A DNA stretch of 64,000 nt from Lama glama (GCA_028534125.1 CM052817.1:3722001-3786000), one strand, 5' to 3'. Numbered from the stretch's first letter, positions 39,463-52,925 are shown. Numbers and translations are program-made. Notes: generated by a model from the sequence alone, not told the origin.

Positions 39463-40605
39463 AAGAGTGGTGGGGTTTACCCGAGGCACGGCGTGTGCAG
39501 CACGAACAGCGGTCACATGCGTGTGGAATGAGACAGGCTGGAACTTCACAAGGATGACTTCAGATGTACAGGGATGAGCACCTGCATTTCTGTGCATTTT
39601 AAATATTAGAGGAAAAGTCTAGCCTTCTGTTTCAGAAGAGACGTAAACTATCTTCACCAGCCTCTGAGCGGTCATCACCGGTAACTTCCTGGTGGCTCCT
39701 GATGGGTCAAGGACCCACGCAGGCTGGGCACCTGCTTAGTAACCGCCTGGGGGTGTGATTTTTGCCCTAGGTACTTTTTAATGGATTAAAAAAAATTGAT
39801 CCTTATCATTACTCAAATATTTACCAAATCATCTTGTGTGTGCCTGCCTGGTTGTGTGGTAAAAGCTAAGGACCTAGAAGTGATTCAGAAACGATCCCTT
39901 CTCGGTTAATAGAAGAGAGAAAGGTGGGAAAAGATATTTTACTTTTTCTCCATGGAAGAATAATTCATACCCATCGTGGGAAATTTGGCAAAGGCAGATG
40001 TGTCCACAGAAGGAAGCACACAGCGCCCGCAATCCCACCTTCCAGAGAGGACCGTGGACGTGTGAGCCACTTGAGCATTTCCTTTGTCTTCTTGTCCTAC
40101 ACCCTGTGCTCTGTGACTAGAAGTCTGAGCTTTCGAGTCAGGTGGCCCTGCATCTGGTCCTACTCTGCTGCTTAGTAACGGTGTAAGTGACCTCTGAGAG
40201 CTGCAGTTTTCTGCATTCCTGAAGCAGAGCTTAAAAAATGTTCCCTCCCTCATGGGACCCTATGGAAGTCAAGTGCAGCAGAGAACAGGGAGCAGGGAGT
40301 AGCCGGCGGGGCGGGCAGGTGCCTGGTGGGTACTGGCTGCTCCATGTCAATCAGCAGAGCGGCTGTAGTTTCTTAATTTCTATTTCTCACCAGCCAACAT
40401 CACAGCCCAACACTTTGTTCTCCAGATGGAGAAACTGAGGCCCAAGGAGGAGAGGGTTACAGGGTAAAGGGAGTCAAGACATCCTTTTCCTCTCCCACCG
40501 GGGACCCACCATGGCTGGGAACAGCCTTACAACAGGTAATGTCTAATATGACCCCTTCTGTGCTGTGACCCACCCTCTCCCCTGCAGCAAAAAGTGAAGT
40601 TTCTC

Positions 40606-41011
40606 CATGGAGAGTTCCTCTCTAAATAGAAAAGAAGCAAGAATCTACCGAAAAAAAGCAAATCTCAATTGGAAATGTGATAACTACAATGAACAGCAAA
40701 AGAATAATACACATGAAGATGTAAAAGAGGACATGCGAATTGTAAGATGTGGGGAGAGGAGTAAGAAAATGTAGATTTGTTTTTCTTATTTTTTTAGAAT
40801 GTGTTTGAGCCTTTACGATTACCAGTATAAAATAAACAAGGTCCTACTGTACAGCACAGGGAATTGTATTCAATAGCTTGGAGTAACCCATAATGAAAAA
40901 GAATCTATATACACACATATATGCATCACTGAATCATGATGCTGTACACCAGAGACTAAAACAACATTGTAAACTTCAATGAAAGAAAGAAAGAGAAAAA
41001 GAAAGAGAAAA
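40606..41011 (+). mobile_element. Composite / internally deleted L1 insertion
   Basis: An exact 11-bp direct repeat tgaagtttctc (40595-40605 and 41012-41022) flanks L1-like sequence that ends in an L1 3' terminus and a GAAA tail. Confidence 0.75.
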
Positions 41012-44000
41012 TGAAGTTTCTCAAGGGTGCTGCTTCTCCTGGAAGCCTGCCCATCTGTCTGAGACAGTGGGTAAATCATTTGTTTTTGTGTAAATGACAG
41101 TGGTTCCAGAGCTCCATTTAGGAAGACTGGAGCATCCAGGGAGGGGGGCTGCCCCTCTAGCGGGAGGTTTTAGAACATCTTCCTGGTGTGAGGAGGTGCT
41201 CACTCTGTGATCTTCCATGAGAAGGGCTGTGTGTAAGATCAAACAAGGAACGACATTGACAATGATTAAAAATGCCCACAGAAGTTAGCCTGTAGTGGGG
41301 TTTTACCATATGTGCTTTGTGAGTTTTGTTAATTTTCCAAATTTCTACAATCATCTTATCTTGATAAGCAGATAAAAGATTCTTTACTAAAATAAGTGGT
41401 GCAGGGGAGCAGAATGACAGGTGTGCAGGAAGGTCACGTTCACCATTCACACGCTCTCCCGGGCAGCCACCCTCAGTGCAAGGGGCACGTGCGAGGGGCT
41501 GGGCTTGTGGGGGACAGATGCCAGCTCAGCCCCAGTCTTCGAGAAGCCTGTGGTTTTAGAGGGAAGGAAGACAGTGATCAGTGACACAAAGCAGAGATAC
41601 CGCAACTGTGACATGTGTCACAAAAACATGCCCTGGGGTGGGAGGAGTTGACCTGATCTGGAAGGCTGAGACCTGAAGGCTGATGGGAGTTAGTTAGAGG
41701 AAGGGGGCAAGAAAGAGCGCCCAGCAGCCAAAATGGCATGTGCAAAGGCCCTGTGGTGTGGGGAAGAACCACTGGCAAGGCTGGAGCCGAGACTGGGGTA
41801 AAAGTGAGGAGATGAGATCAGATTTGCATTTTGCAAAGATAGTACTGTCTGCAGTGCCAAGAATGGCTTGGCACCTTGAAAATAGCTTCGAGAGGCCAGG
41901 AGGAAGCCATTTATGAAGTTAAACCACATCCCCAGGGATGTATGCAGGCATAGGCAAAGGAGGGTCCAGTGGCAAGAGGAAGTCCGCGCAGATCTGTGGA
42001 GACTGCAGATGCTGCTCCCCAGGCACCCAGGTGCCTGGTAGGCGGCCTGGGGTCCAAAAAGGCAGAAGGCTCCCTCCTCTCCATGACTTCAGCCCCCAGC
42101 AAGGCTTCAGGCAACTGGTGGAGGGGGCATGGACCCTGATTTTACACTGCATCCTAAAGCAGCAGGATTTTTACTTGAAAGTGCTGATGGTGGACCCTTC
42201 TAGTCCAGACAAGGCGAGTTCAGCGGTCCCTCCTCGAGGAGACAGGATACTCTGTGTGGGAGGCCAGCGCTCCCTGGACGTGCAGAACCACCGGAACTCC
42301 TGTCTCTGCCTCCTGCCCTGGGCCCGGCAGAGAGGCAGAGAGGGAGCCCCCATGTCTGCTGCTACTCCCTCTTCAGATCCAGCCGGACTCTTCAGAATTA
42401 GGTTCCACTGCAGACCAAAACGCCAACGCTTTCCACGTTGAACTTATTTTTTAAAATCTTGAGAGCCATTTTTATTGTGGAAAATTTCAAACATATGCAA
42501 AGTAGGCTGAACAGTATGATGAGCCCCCATGCCCCCACGTGCCCATCTCTACCCTGATTCACAGTCTCCTCTTCTTACTCCCTCCCCGCATTCTTGTTTT
42601 TTTCCTGGATGCACTGAGCGTGTATCTCAGACACATGAGATCCCATGTTTCACACACATCTCCAGTAGAAAGTCTTTTTTTTTTTTGAGGCGTAATCATA
42701 ACTGTCAGGTACCTAATAAAGTTAACAGTAATTCCTCAATCTTTCATACTTCCCCAGTTATCTTTAAAAATGCCTTTTTATAGTTTGTTAATCAGGTCCC
42801 AAAGGTGACACACTGCACTTGGTAGACGGGTCTCTTTTAATCTGAAGTAATTCTCCCTTGGTTGATTGGTTGGTTGGTTTTCCCTAGGTCATGTATTTGT
42901 TGATGACACTGCGTTGTTTGTCTCATAGAATTTTGACACCAAAGTCAGATTCTGATGAACTAACAGGAGGTTTCTGGTGTAGCGTGACCAGTTGACTCTG
43001 GTGGGCACTAATGAAGGAATTAGCACCTGTCCAGCACCCATCTGTGCAGGCACGTTATTCCTTTTAATCCCAGGAAGTGGGTTTCAACTTTCCAATTTTT
43101 CATCTGAGAAAACTGAGGCTGAGAGAGGGTGAATGGCCACACTGAGGGGGTCAGGACTCATTAAGAGCCAGGGAGTCTGGCCCCACCCCAAGTTCTTCCC
43201 ACTGCCCCGCACAGTGCCCTCCCTCTGGCAGGGAGACGGTCGGCCCCAGAAGGGGAGGTGGCAACCTCCACCCCACACTCTGCTGGGCCTCCCGGTCCCA
43301 ACGAGGCCGTGTCCCGGCACTGGTTCATTGCCAACAAGGAAACGTTGTCAATAGCCCATCTGCGGAGTCATTGGGTAGAAACGGACCGTCGTATGTTTCT
43401 TCCAGATGAATGTGTAGCTCCTTCCCCAGGAAGGGCCGCATGCGTGCCTCCTTCCTCCCCCTGCCCTGCCCTGCCCAGGGACACCACGTGGTCGTGGCAA
43501 GGCCACCCAGATGTTCAGGGCAGAGGTGGGCCTCCACACCCTGCCCTCTAAGCCTGCCGACTTCTGAGGTCCCTGAGCGGTGGGGCTAGGGGCTGTGAGG
43601 CAGGGAAATTTGGGGGTGAGGCAAGGAAGAGCCTTCTAACGAAGAGGAGCTTCACCCCTCTCCTTCAAACTGCAGAAGGTTTCCGATGGTTGGCGCTCAG
43701 GCGGGCTGGAGAGACCCTCTGAAGTTTATCTAGCAGGGATGAAAGAGGAAACTGACGTCTCTGTCGCCAGAACTAGGGCCGAGGAAGGCTCGCTAACTTA
43801 GAAAATGTACGACCAGCATCAGATTTAGGGCCTGGCATGTAGTAGGCTCTCGATGCACATTTGTTGAATGAGTGCATGAATGTTTCTAAACCCTAGTTCT
43901 ACAATCAAGGCCCAGAGATGGTTTTTTTCCCCACTAATTAGTAGCTTAAGACCACCATGGAGACACACTGGCCCCAAAAGATCCCAGCCTGCTGTCCCCA

Positions 44001-46109
44001 TTTCCGCGTGACAACTCAGGAAGGTCTGGGCGTAGGCAACAAGGCTCCACTGCTCAGCAGCCTCACCCAGGTAACAGAGAGCCCTCCCAGCGTGATGCTG
44101 CGGAGCCTGGGAGAAGAGGTTTTGAATGGCCCTGAATTCAGTGTGAGGACATCACCCAGAGGCTCAGGCCTCTCCACTTCCTCCCCAGCTCGGGAAGGGG
44201 AGGCTCAGGTGGGAGAAGGGGGTGGGGTGGGGGTGAGGAGCCCAGAAGGATCGTCTGAGATTCTACAAATACCTGCTTTTAGAAGAGAGGCCAGGCTCCC
44301 CCAGCAGCCCCGGTAGGGCCTTACTTGGGGTGGGGGGAGGGGTTTGCAGCGGACTGAATGCCAGGTAAATTTAGGCTCCCAAGGCTGGGGCATCGAGACA
44401 GGCACAGGTGAGTGTGGGGGGTGGGAGGTGGTGACCAACACAGTGCAGTGCTGTTGCTAAGTGCCAGGGTCTGCCACTGTGAGTTTGTCACCTGGAAGGG
44501 TCCCTGGCCTCCCCGAGCAGTTTCGGGGTCTGTGATCACCACGGGCTGGACTGAGGCCGAGCACAGGCAAGCCCCCAGCACGTCAGGCAGCCCAGTGGGG
44601 AAGCCGGCTCCTGCGACCGTGGGCTTGTGGTTTGTGGGGTGTGGAGGAGGTGGCCGTGGTCATGGGTGACACGTAAGACCAGCAGTAATCGTGTCCTGAG
44701 CAGGACGCCAGGAGGTGCCCCTGGACAGGCTCCCAGAACCCGTGTGCCTGCAGTTGGTTCGGGTCCCTCCCAGGCCCTTCCCTCTGCCCAGCGGTCTGAT
44801 GGGGGAGGGGCAGGGCCTGGGGTGTGAAGGTGGACAGCCGACCCGGGAGTGACAGCAGATGCCCACTCACTGGCTGGCGGTGCCCCCGGCCAGGCCTCCC
44901 GGGCTTTCAGAGAGAGTGGGGATGACACCCCCGGGCGCTGCGAGGGCCCCGGGGGGTGGGCATGTGGTGGAGGCAGCTGGGTCAGGGCAGGGGCCCCTGG
45001 CGTGGACAGCCTGCCCTGGCCTCCTCCACCGCCCCCAGGACACGGGGTCGCGTGGGAACAGACAAGCACCTGGGAGGGGAGGGCGAGGTGCACTCAGGCC
45101 GGTGGTGGCAGCTCTACCTGCCTGTCCCCAGTTGGCCTGGCCTGGCCCTGGGAGGGCCCCAGTGGTGACCTTGTTCCAGCCAGGAAGAGAGCGACTGGCT
45201 CAGGGTCACAGCACTGGCCACAGGCACTTGGCACCTTCTCAGATGTGTAAGAAGAAAGGGGGAGGAACGGCCCTCGCTCTTAGCAGGCCGGCTGCCTCGC
45301 TTCAAGAGGCTCAGCATCCAGCGTGCCCTCATCTACCCCTCCTCAGTCTGGAAGCCGAGGGCCAACGTCCTCATCTGTGACTGCAGGCTGGGGTACTGGG
45401 AAGCCAGGGCCTGTTGGGGTGGCAGGCCAGAGGGTAGGGTCTATTTTGTTCCCCCCTCAAACAGGCCTCCCCAGCTCTGGGGCCCTGAGTGGTCCCCTGG
45501 ACGGTGACATGAAGTGGCTGGCCCAGCGTCTGAGCTGCAGTAGGCTGCGTGCCTGCCCCCCCGCACCGCCCTGGAAGACCAGTGGCAGCCAGGCCCCAGG
45601 AGCCCCTTTGCCCCAGGGCCAGGGACGTCCTGCCACCTCGGCTCGGCTCCGGTGGGTGTACTTGGTTCTGCTGCTGCGCTGGCCCCACCGGGAGGGATGC
45701 TGTGATGTCACATTAGGGTGAGAGGGTAGGGGTGAGCCGGCCATGTGACCATGGTCAGCACCCAGCTGTGCAGGCCTCTGCAGGGCCTGACACAGAGGCA
45801 AGGGCTTTGCTGCCCCTGGGTGGAGGGGTGGGAGGGGAGAGGAGGAAGCCAGAGGCAGCCTGCAGGAGGGCAGGGCTGAGTCTCACCAACCCGCTCCCTA
45901 GCGCCTGGGCGGCTGCAGTTTCACCTCCACAAGCAACCCGCTGTGATCTCCGCTTACATGTGAGGACACTGAGGCGTGGACACTCACCAGGCCTCCTCAC
46001 TCAGTCTGGACCCCTTACAATTGCATACTTCATGGGGATTAGAAAAAGATCGCTTGGCATAAGCAGCTGCCCACCACTCCTTCTTACAGTGGGACTTTGG
46101 CAAGATGGA

Positions 46110-46330
46110 AATTTGGGAGTGTCAAATGGGCTTTGTGGTCACAGTGTCCAGTTTGAATCCTGGCTTCCCCATTCACTAAGTGTGAGACCTCAGCAAGTAA
46201 TTAACTTCTCACTGTGCCTCAGTTTTCTCGTCTGTAAAATGGGGCAATTGTATCTACTCCCTAACACTGAATATTGCTGAGAAGATAAGAATGCCAGGCA
46301 CAGAGTGAGCCCCCGGTGTTCGCTGTCACT
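46110..46330 (+). mobile_element. MIR remnant
   Basis: 'gtttgaatcctggct...gcaagtaattaacttctcactgtgcctcagttttctcgtctgtaaaatgggg' matches MIR. Confidence 0.75.
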
Positions 46331-48371
46331 ATTCCCGGCACAACGTCGACACCACCCACGTCCGCTGCAGCTGTCATCACCAGGTTGCTGGTTTGGTAAA
46401 GTTAGGAAACTGGCTCCGAAACGCTATTCACTACCTGTCAGTGACGCAAGGCCAGCAGCAGGTCTCCGAAGCAGAAGCTCCCGTCCTGTCTTCACGCCTG
46501 CAGCAGCCCAGCCTGAGAGGCCACTTGCCCAGCTGCTTTCGAGAGAAGCTGGGGCTGGGCCTCTTTCTGTTCCTGGACTGCGTGCAGGCGCAGCGGCAGC
46601 CTGAGCACTTTTGATATTTCACTTACGCACAGGCCTTTACACCCCTCCGTCCTTGGGGAAGCATGTAGCTGTGCCATCACAGCTCCAGGTGACCAGCCAC
46701 CGTGCACAGAGCAACCCCACTGAACAGTATCTCAGCCCCCAACCCTGCTCTTGCGGGTGGGCGTGCTTGTAAAGTAATTAACACTCTCAGGCATTTAAAG
46801 AGCCACAGCGGAGAGTGGGACAAAGGGTTGTCATGGCCACAAGGCACCCGCCCGTGCGCGAGGTAGTGGACAGGCAGTCCAGGGCACAGCGGTGCAGGTG
46901 CCCGAGCACACACCTGCGGAGACCTCCTGTCGCACCCAGACACGGGGCCACCCTGCTGCACCAACAGCCCCCAGTCCTGCCTCAGGTGCCTCCGGGGAGG
47001 CAGCCGGCCACCTGTGCCACCTTGCCCCCGAGCTGGGCACTGCCACCAAACCACGGAAGATGTAGCTCCTGCCATTTCAGCCAGTGGTGACAGTAGACGC
47101 ATCCTGGAACGGCTTGCCCACTGGCTGGTCACAGGCTAGCACTGGGAGGCTCAGCAGGTGCAAGGCACCTCTTCGAACTTTCTGCCCTGGGGTTCCACCC
47201 TGACAGCCCCATGCGGATGTCACCTCAACTACGGTTGGGTAAGGGCTTCATAGGAAACGCTGTTGAGGGGGCTGGCCAGCGGCTGGGGAAAGTGAGGCTG
47301 ACTCCTTCAGCTCAGTCCTTGTCCACGGAATGTCTGGGGCAGAGATGCACTCTACGTAACAGGGGAGACCGTTTCTCTACTCTAAGGATGGAGTGAGCAC
47401 TTAGAAACATGCTTACACATCCCAGAAACCATAAAGTAAGTGGGTAGAAGACAGTTCAAATCCTCCTGTAGAAAACTCCCCTCCCCTCAACCCTGACGAA
47501 AGGCACATTAAGTGCTCGCTTATGGGTGGTGAGAAAAAGGACGTTCAACCTCAAACTCAGGTCAAACCGGCCTCGTGTCTGCATGATGCTGGGGACACTG
47601 TGACGCGCAGCAGGCGGCGTCCCACAGGCTGGAGCCACCCTTCTGGATCGTATGAGACCCAGGTGTAAGGATGTCCGCAGAAACGCCACTCGGGATACTG
47701 AACAAGCATGAAACGAATAGTCTAAATGTGATCCACGAGGAACCTGTTAAATCTGTGTAATGGAATATGCTAAAAAATTATGTAGATCGTTACTAACGTA
47801 AAAGATGTCCGAGTAAAAGCCTATTTCTGAAGCTACACAAGAGCGAGTACGCTGCAACCCTTTAAAGTCCATTTCTCTCTCCATTCACGTATACACTCAG
47901 CTGTCCAGAAGGGTGTTCTGTACAAACGTCAGAAGCCGCCACCTTAGGGTGAGGGAGGGACTGGTGGAGTTCCCTTTACACTCTTTAATACCACGCTGAT
48001 TTCTTTCTTACAATGTACCTTGATCATGTTAACATAAATACACAGATTATTTTTTCCCCAGAACAAGAAAACTAAGCTTTGTCTATCACCCAGGGACAAA
48101 AATGTTGTGTTCCTTGCAAGATTCAGGTGGTGGTTCGTGGGGCGGGGAGAGGTGGACTCGTGTCTCAGCAGGCCCCTCCGCTGTCCCCTCCAGCACGGCG
48201 CATGCCAGGCTCCCGGCACCACCCGTAAGAGGCACTAAATAGCCCCCACCCGGAGCAGTGTGACGCAGGCATGTTCTCTCCTCTGCAGACACGTAATTGA
48301 AAGGAGGCTGGGGTTCTTTACAAAAGAACCTTTGCTGTGATAAATGAAGACAACCACTTGCTTTTTAAATT

Positions 48372-48377
48372 TTTATT
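48372..48377 (-). terminator. KIAA0232: Distal polyadenylation signal AATAAA of KIAA0232
   Basis: Minus strand reads ...ccaAATAAAaatttaaaaagcaag, followed by the GU/U-rich element tggttgtcttcattt...gttcttttgt. Confidence 0.75.
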
Positions 48378-49748
48378 TGGTGTTAACTCCACAAGAAAAC
48401 AAAAAAAATCAGTTACTCTGGTGTACGTGAAATCAGAACAATACAACCACGGGGAAAAAAATCTCAGCCCAGGAATGGAAAACTGATGCTTCAGTGCTAC
48501 GGATATGCAATGCGCTTCATACCACAGTGCGTTTCAGCGTTTTGCCAACTTTTTCAAAAATGCTTTTCTTTGTAATTATCCATTCACAAAACTAAAAACC
48601 ACACGTTCACCTCTGTCGCTGAAAGCCTCTGGGCTTCAGCCACTCAGCTACGAAAACAAATAAATACATAATCTGTTACCCACCTTGCCCATTTATACTC
48701 CATTCCCATTCCCCCGTGGAAGGTGCAAGGTCTTCCCACCAGCGGGGAAGGAAGTCTGCACCCTGACCACCTGGAGCCCTTTCCTGATAAAAAGCAGCTG
48801 TCCAAAACCAACCGAGCTCAAGGTTGTGTCTGAAATATATGTATTTGGTCTCTGCTACGTAAGTAACGATTTCTAAGATGATCGTCACTGTAGTGATTTT
48901 AGGAATTTACAACTTCCAACTCTTTTTTGCCTTTGCTGTTAAATTATATTTCAGTGCAGATGCTAATCAACTTTTAGGAAGCTCTGGAGAAAGAAAAATA
49001 CATAAAACCTTATAAAGTCTGTAAATAAATAACAGCAACATAAAACCTTACACGCACACACACACAAACCCACTTTAAAGTGTCAAAGACGTGCTGTAAA
49101 AAAAAACCACCCGACCTGCGGCGAGCCCGAGCCCAACGGCCCCACGGGCCCCACAGCGAGGCCCTCACAGCCCTGGAGGGAGCTCTCTGTGTCGACAGGT
49201 ACGAGAAAAGCAACAAAACCCAATGCTCGAAGCAAATCGCGCTTCTCAGCCAGTTCCGCTCCCGGCTACTACATTCTGTGCTTACTGCCTGCCAACGTTG
49301 GCGGTGAAGCCGGCTCGTCCGTGGCAGACTTCTCTGCCGCTCCTGATGCCGCAGACACTCTAAACTGATTCCACACATTTTTTTTTAAACAATGAGTTGG
49401 TTAAAAAAAAGAAAACAACTTTGAATGTTTAGATTTTGCAGCTATTGCTCCTTCTAACTTCAACCTGTTGCACAGAGGCATAAAAGCTCAAGGAGGTGAT
49501 CGTCACAATGGACAGGACTGGACGAGACGGACCAACCCCCGGGGTTCCCCAGTGCAGCGGGGAGGCGGGTCCCACGAAGCAGTCACACAGGTATGGGAGA
49601 AATCAGTACTCTGCCCCCTGACCCGCCACACACTGAACTTGCTCGAACATTCTCTCAAACACAAAATGAGATCTAAGCTACACTAAGTCACAGCCACAAG
49701 AGCAGCTAGCTGCCGCAGCCAAGGTTTCTTTGGGGTGATGAGGTGGTC

Positions 49749-49754
49749 TTTATT
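49749..49754 (-). terminator. KIAA0232: Possible proximal polyadenylation signal AATAAA
   Basis: Canonical hexamer ~0.9 kb after the stop codon; the downstream U/GU element is weak. Confidence 0.35.
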
Positions 49755-50628
49755 GCATGTCAAACATTTACAATTTCAAGTTCTGGGGGCTTCAATTCAA
49801 TGTTGGTCACCAGAAAAACCATAATTTGCAATTAAGGTCCTCACCAAGTTTTGTTAAGATCACCACGAATAACCCTGAACAGTGTTTTGGTGTAAGTGTG
49901 ACTTTCACGTAAGAACAGGGCGGGGTGCACTCGCACCCCACGTGGCCCCATGTGCCAGCCCATGCGCCAACTCCTTGGCTGCTTCAGGTAGCCAGAACGT
50001 CACAAACCATGGTATTTTCCATGATATTCTAGAGGGAAATCCTAAGAGAGAAAACACAGTATTTTTTAAGTCTCTAAAAGCACACCCTCGTGGTTTCTAT
50101 TCCAAATGTACAGGAGATTTTACTAAATGAAGACGGGGACGAGTCCCCGTGCTGCCCTTTCGCCTTCCGAAAGGCACTGATCCACTGCAGGGTAAGTATT
50201 CACATCCCAGTTCTTAGAGGACAAAGCCTAAATGTCCCAAAGCTCAAGTCTCTGAATAGCAGAAGTGGTTGCTGACACTGCGATGCTAAGAAGGTAACAG
50301 TGATGTGGCTGCAGCTGGAAGGGAAGGAGCTGCAGCTGAGATGCAAGAGGCAGCGGCACTTAAGACGAGCACATGCACACCCATTCTCGGTTTGACAACA
50401 CAATCTAGTCTATTTCAAATAGCCAAGAATTTAACAGCTTGGAAAAAAAATCTTCAACAGGATAGCTGTCCTCAACTCTAAAATAAGCAAGAAGAGAAAG
50501 CTAATTACTGATCTGAGCCAGTTAAGTGAAGAAGAAACCTAAGTTGTTGTTTAGATTAACAGGCCTCACAAAAGGGAAATTACCCCTCACATAGCGATTT
50601 TAAAAATAATTTGTACTACTCTGCAGGT

Positions 50629-50808
50629 TTAGAGATGAGTTCGAGAAAAGAGGTCCTCTTCGCTGGGGTCCACCCACTCGCCTCCGCCTTCCGAGCCCGT
50701 GTCCTCCGAGTCGGAGCTGGCGCTGGAGTACATCTTTCTGCGGAAGCCGTTTGATTTTGCTCCAGAATTTCTCTCTCCTGTACACCTTGCTTCATAAACA
50801 GAAGACAC
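50629..50808 (-). CDS. KIAA0232: KIAA0232 last coding exon (VSSVYEARCTGERNSG...EWVDPSEEDLFSRTHL*)
   Basis: Acceptor ttcttaatcttag|GTG, phase 0; 59 codons plus TAA at 50629-50631; matches the recalled KIAA0232 C-terminus. Confidence 0.93.
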   Translation of the reverse strand: MSSVYEARCTGERNSGAKSNGFRRKMYSSASSDSEDTGSEGGGEWVDPSEEDLFSRTHL

Positions 50809-52827
50809 CTAAGATTAAGAATAATTTTCAACATATCAAAAGTCAGATAATTTTCCAGAAGGGCTGTGCAAGATGCTCTTTTACATACAGAGATTAAGTA
50901 GCAAATTGCTGACGTTTTCCTGCGGAGAGTTACAAAAATATGAAGATCTTCCTGTTTCAAAGCAAAACAAACAAGCTTTTCTCCCTGATCCATAAAGGAT
51001 CCCAAACCCTGATCCTCTGTGTTCAGCCCCTTGGACAGAACGTCAGCTACATCAGGGCTGGACGGAGACAAGTCTCTGAGCACCCACCAGAGGCCAGACT
51101 GCAGCCGGCACGACCTCCACTGGGAGGGCGACCGCCCGCGGGGGGCTCCCATTCTGAGGGAGACGACGGGGGACAACGACAAGCAAGCCAAGGGCACACA
51201 CCATCCCGCTGCCAGACGAGCTGGGGGCATGGCAGACACATAAGAGAGGCTGGGGAGGTGGCTCTTCTGAGGAGAGGTCCCCTCGCCAGAACAGCCAGAG
51301 CTGGCCTGGGACCTGGGGCTGTGCTTCTGAACTGGGGGCCTTTCAGTCTCTGCTACCTTCCAGGGAAACTTCTGGCTGGGCGGGACTGTAGCCCACACCC
51401 CAGATGGTCAGCATCCCTGGCCCTACGACACGACATGCAGGCGGCAGTCCTGCCCCAGTCATAACACCTAGTAATGCTTCTCTCTCCCTCAGAGTGACTA
51501 GCGCGTCTGCCCCCACCCCACCCCCCGTCATAGTGAGCAGCACCCCCACTTACAGCAACTAGCAACACTGCCAGGTCACAGTGGCTAGCCAGCAACATCC
51601 CCCGAGCGGAGTAACCAGCACTGATCCCATTTCCATGTGGTAGCACCGTCCCTGGCTGAGCCCCAGGAAGGAGCACAGAAAGACAGCCGCGCTACTGGGG
51701 GGGCGGGGGAGAGGTACAATGGCGGAAGGACAGCAAGGCCAGGGGTGGGAGCAGAATTGGTGCCCAGCTCAGGTCTGCACTTGGTTCTGAGTCTTCATGG
51801 GCCTTTAGCTTTCTCTTCTGCAGAATGGAGGTGACAGCCCCTACCTCCTGGGGTGGCTGTGAGACTAGATGAGGCAATGCCTGGGAGGTCAAAGGAGAAG
51901 ACCGGGGAGGGACAAGTGGCCACAGGAGACCCAGGAAAAGACAGGGCAACCGTGTGGAGGGGGAGGCGGTGCCAGGGAGCAATGGAGGTGGAGAAGTGGA
52001 GGATTTGGGATGGTCAAGGGGTGGTCGGGATGATGGGCAGACAGACTGTGTGTGGAAGGTGAGAACAAGAGGAACAAAGAATGAGTTCCAGGCACAGGGG
52101 CTGAAGCTGGAAGGTGGAACAGGGCACTATTCACGAGATGGGAAGACTGGCTGGAGAGGCCCCACACATCTGCCTTGACGGGTTACGTCCGACAGGTCCA
52201 TGAACACCAGCAGCACAGGGTGCTGCGGGAGAAGTTCCTCCCAGGACTCCAGCTGACACTGACAATCCCACTGAGAAGAAAAAGACGTTTCCTTAGGTTC
52301 GTTCACCTGCCTGCCTAACTGGGCGAGGTCTGGGCCTAGACTAACCGGGCACAGGCCCTGCACCTCCCTCAGGGAGCTCACAGGCCTGGGGCGGGAGTGG
52401 GGATGCGGGCCTGAGTGCAGCCAAATGCCACGGGGCCACGACCAGAGCTCTGCTCTGGGAGCAGCAGGGGGCACAAGGGGCTGGGTCTGTCCCACGGAGG
52501 CCGGGAGAGGCGGAGTCGGCGCACCAGAGGGCTCCCTCATGGTTGTGCTCTGAAAGATGAAAAGGGTGCCCACCCGAGGATTTTAGGGGTAGTGACAGGC
52601 TCAGGTGTGCACTGAGAAGCTCCCTCTGGCAGCAGTGTGACGGACTGGAAGGGGAGAGGGACATGACCTGGGAAGCCTTGGCAGTAGGAGGGGACACAGA
52701 CCTGCGGGCCCGTCCACAGAGCGTGGTGATGGGGAGGGGCAGTCACAGGACCCCCAGGTCTCAGCCTGAGTGACAAGGGGGGGTGGCCATTTATAAGTCA
52801 GTAATAAGGAGGAGGCAGTCCACTTAC

Positions 52828-52925
52828 CCTATTAAAATCTAACAGACGCTCTTCATTACTGGGTATTTCTTTAACATCTGGATATTCTTCTATACCATTC
52901 TCTCCCTTGGCATTTGTATAACATT
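52828..52925 (-). CDS. KIAA0232: KIAA0232 penultimate exon, 98 nt ([E]CYTNAKGENGIEEYPDVKEIPSNEERLLDFNR)
   Basis: Acceptor ...attaag|AA, donor AGG|GTAAGT; phase 1 to phase 0 joins both neighbouring exons in frame. Too short to appear in the ORF track. Confidence 0.92.

Larger units (their letters stand above)
48355..50628 (-). other. KIAA0232: KIAA0232 3' UTR (~2.3 kb)
   Basis: Runs from the stop codon to the distal AATAAA; U-rich on the minus strand and free of obvious interspersed repeats. Confidence 0.75.

Noticed and set aside
44500..47130. GC-rich intergenic stretch with many 100-185 aa ORFs on both strands
   Set aside because: No recognisable protein similarity and no consistent exon chain; one ORF runs into a MIR. 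A lncRNA or enhancer cannot be excluded but is not supported by the sequence.
49922..49939. GGGGTGC-ACTC-GCACCCC hairpin in the KIAA0232 3' UTR
   Set aside because: A 7-bp stem is expected by chance in 64 kb, and it matches no RNA element I recognise.
50616..51398. 260-aa minus-strand ORF overlapping the last KIAA0232 exon
   Set aside because: Mostly intronic and in a different frame from the real coding segment 50629-50808.
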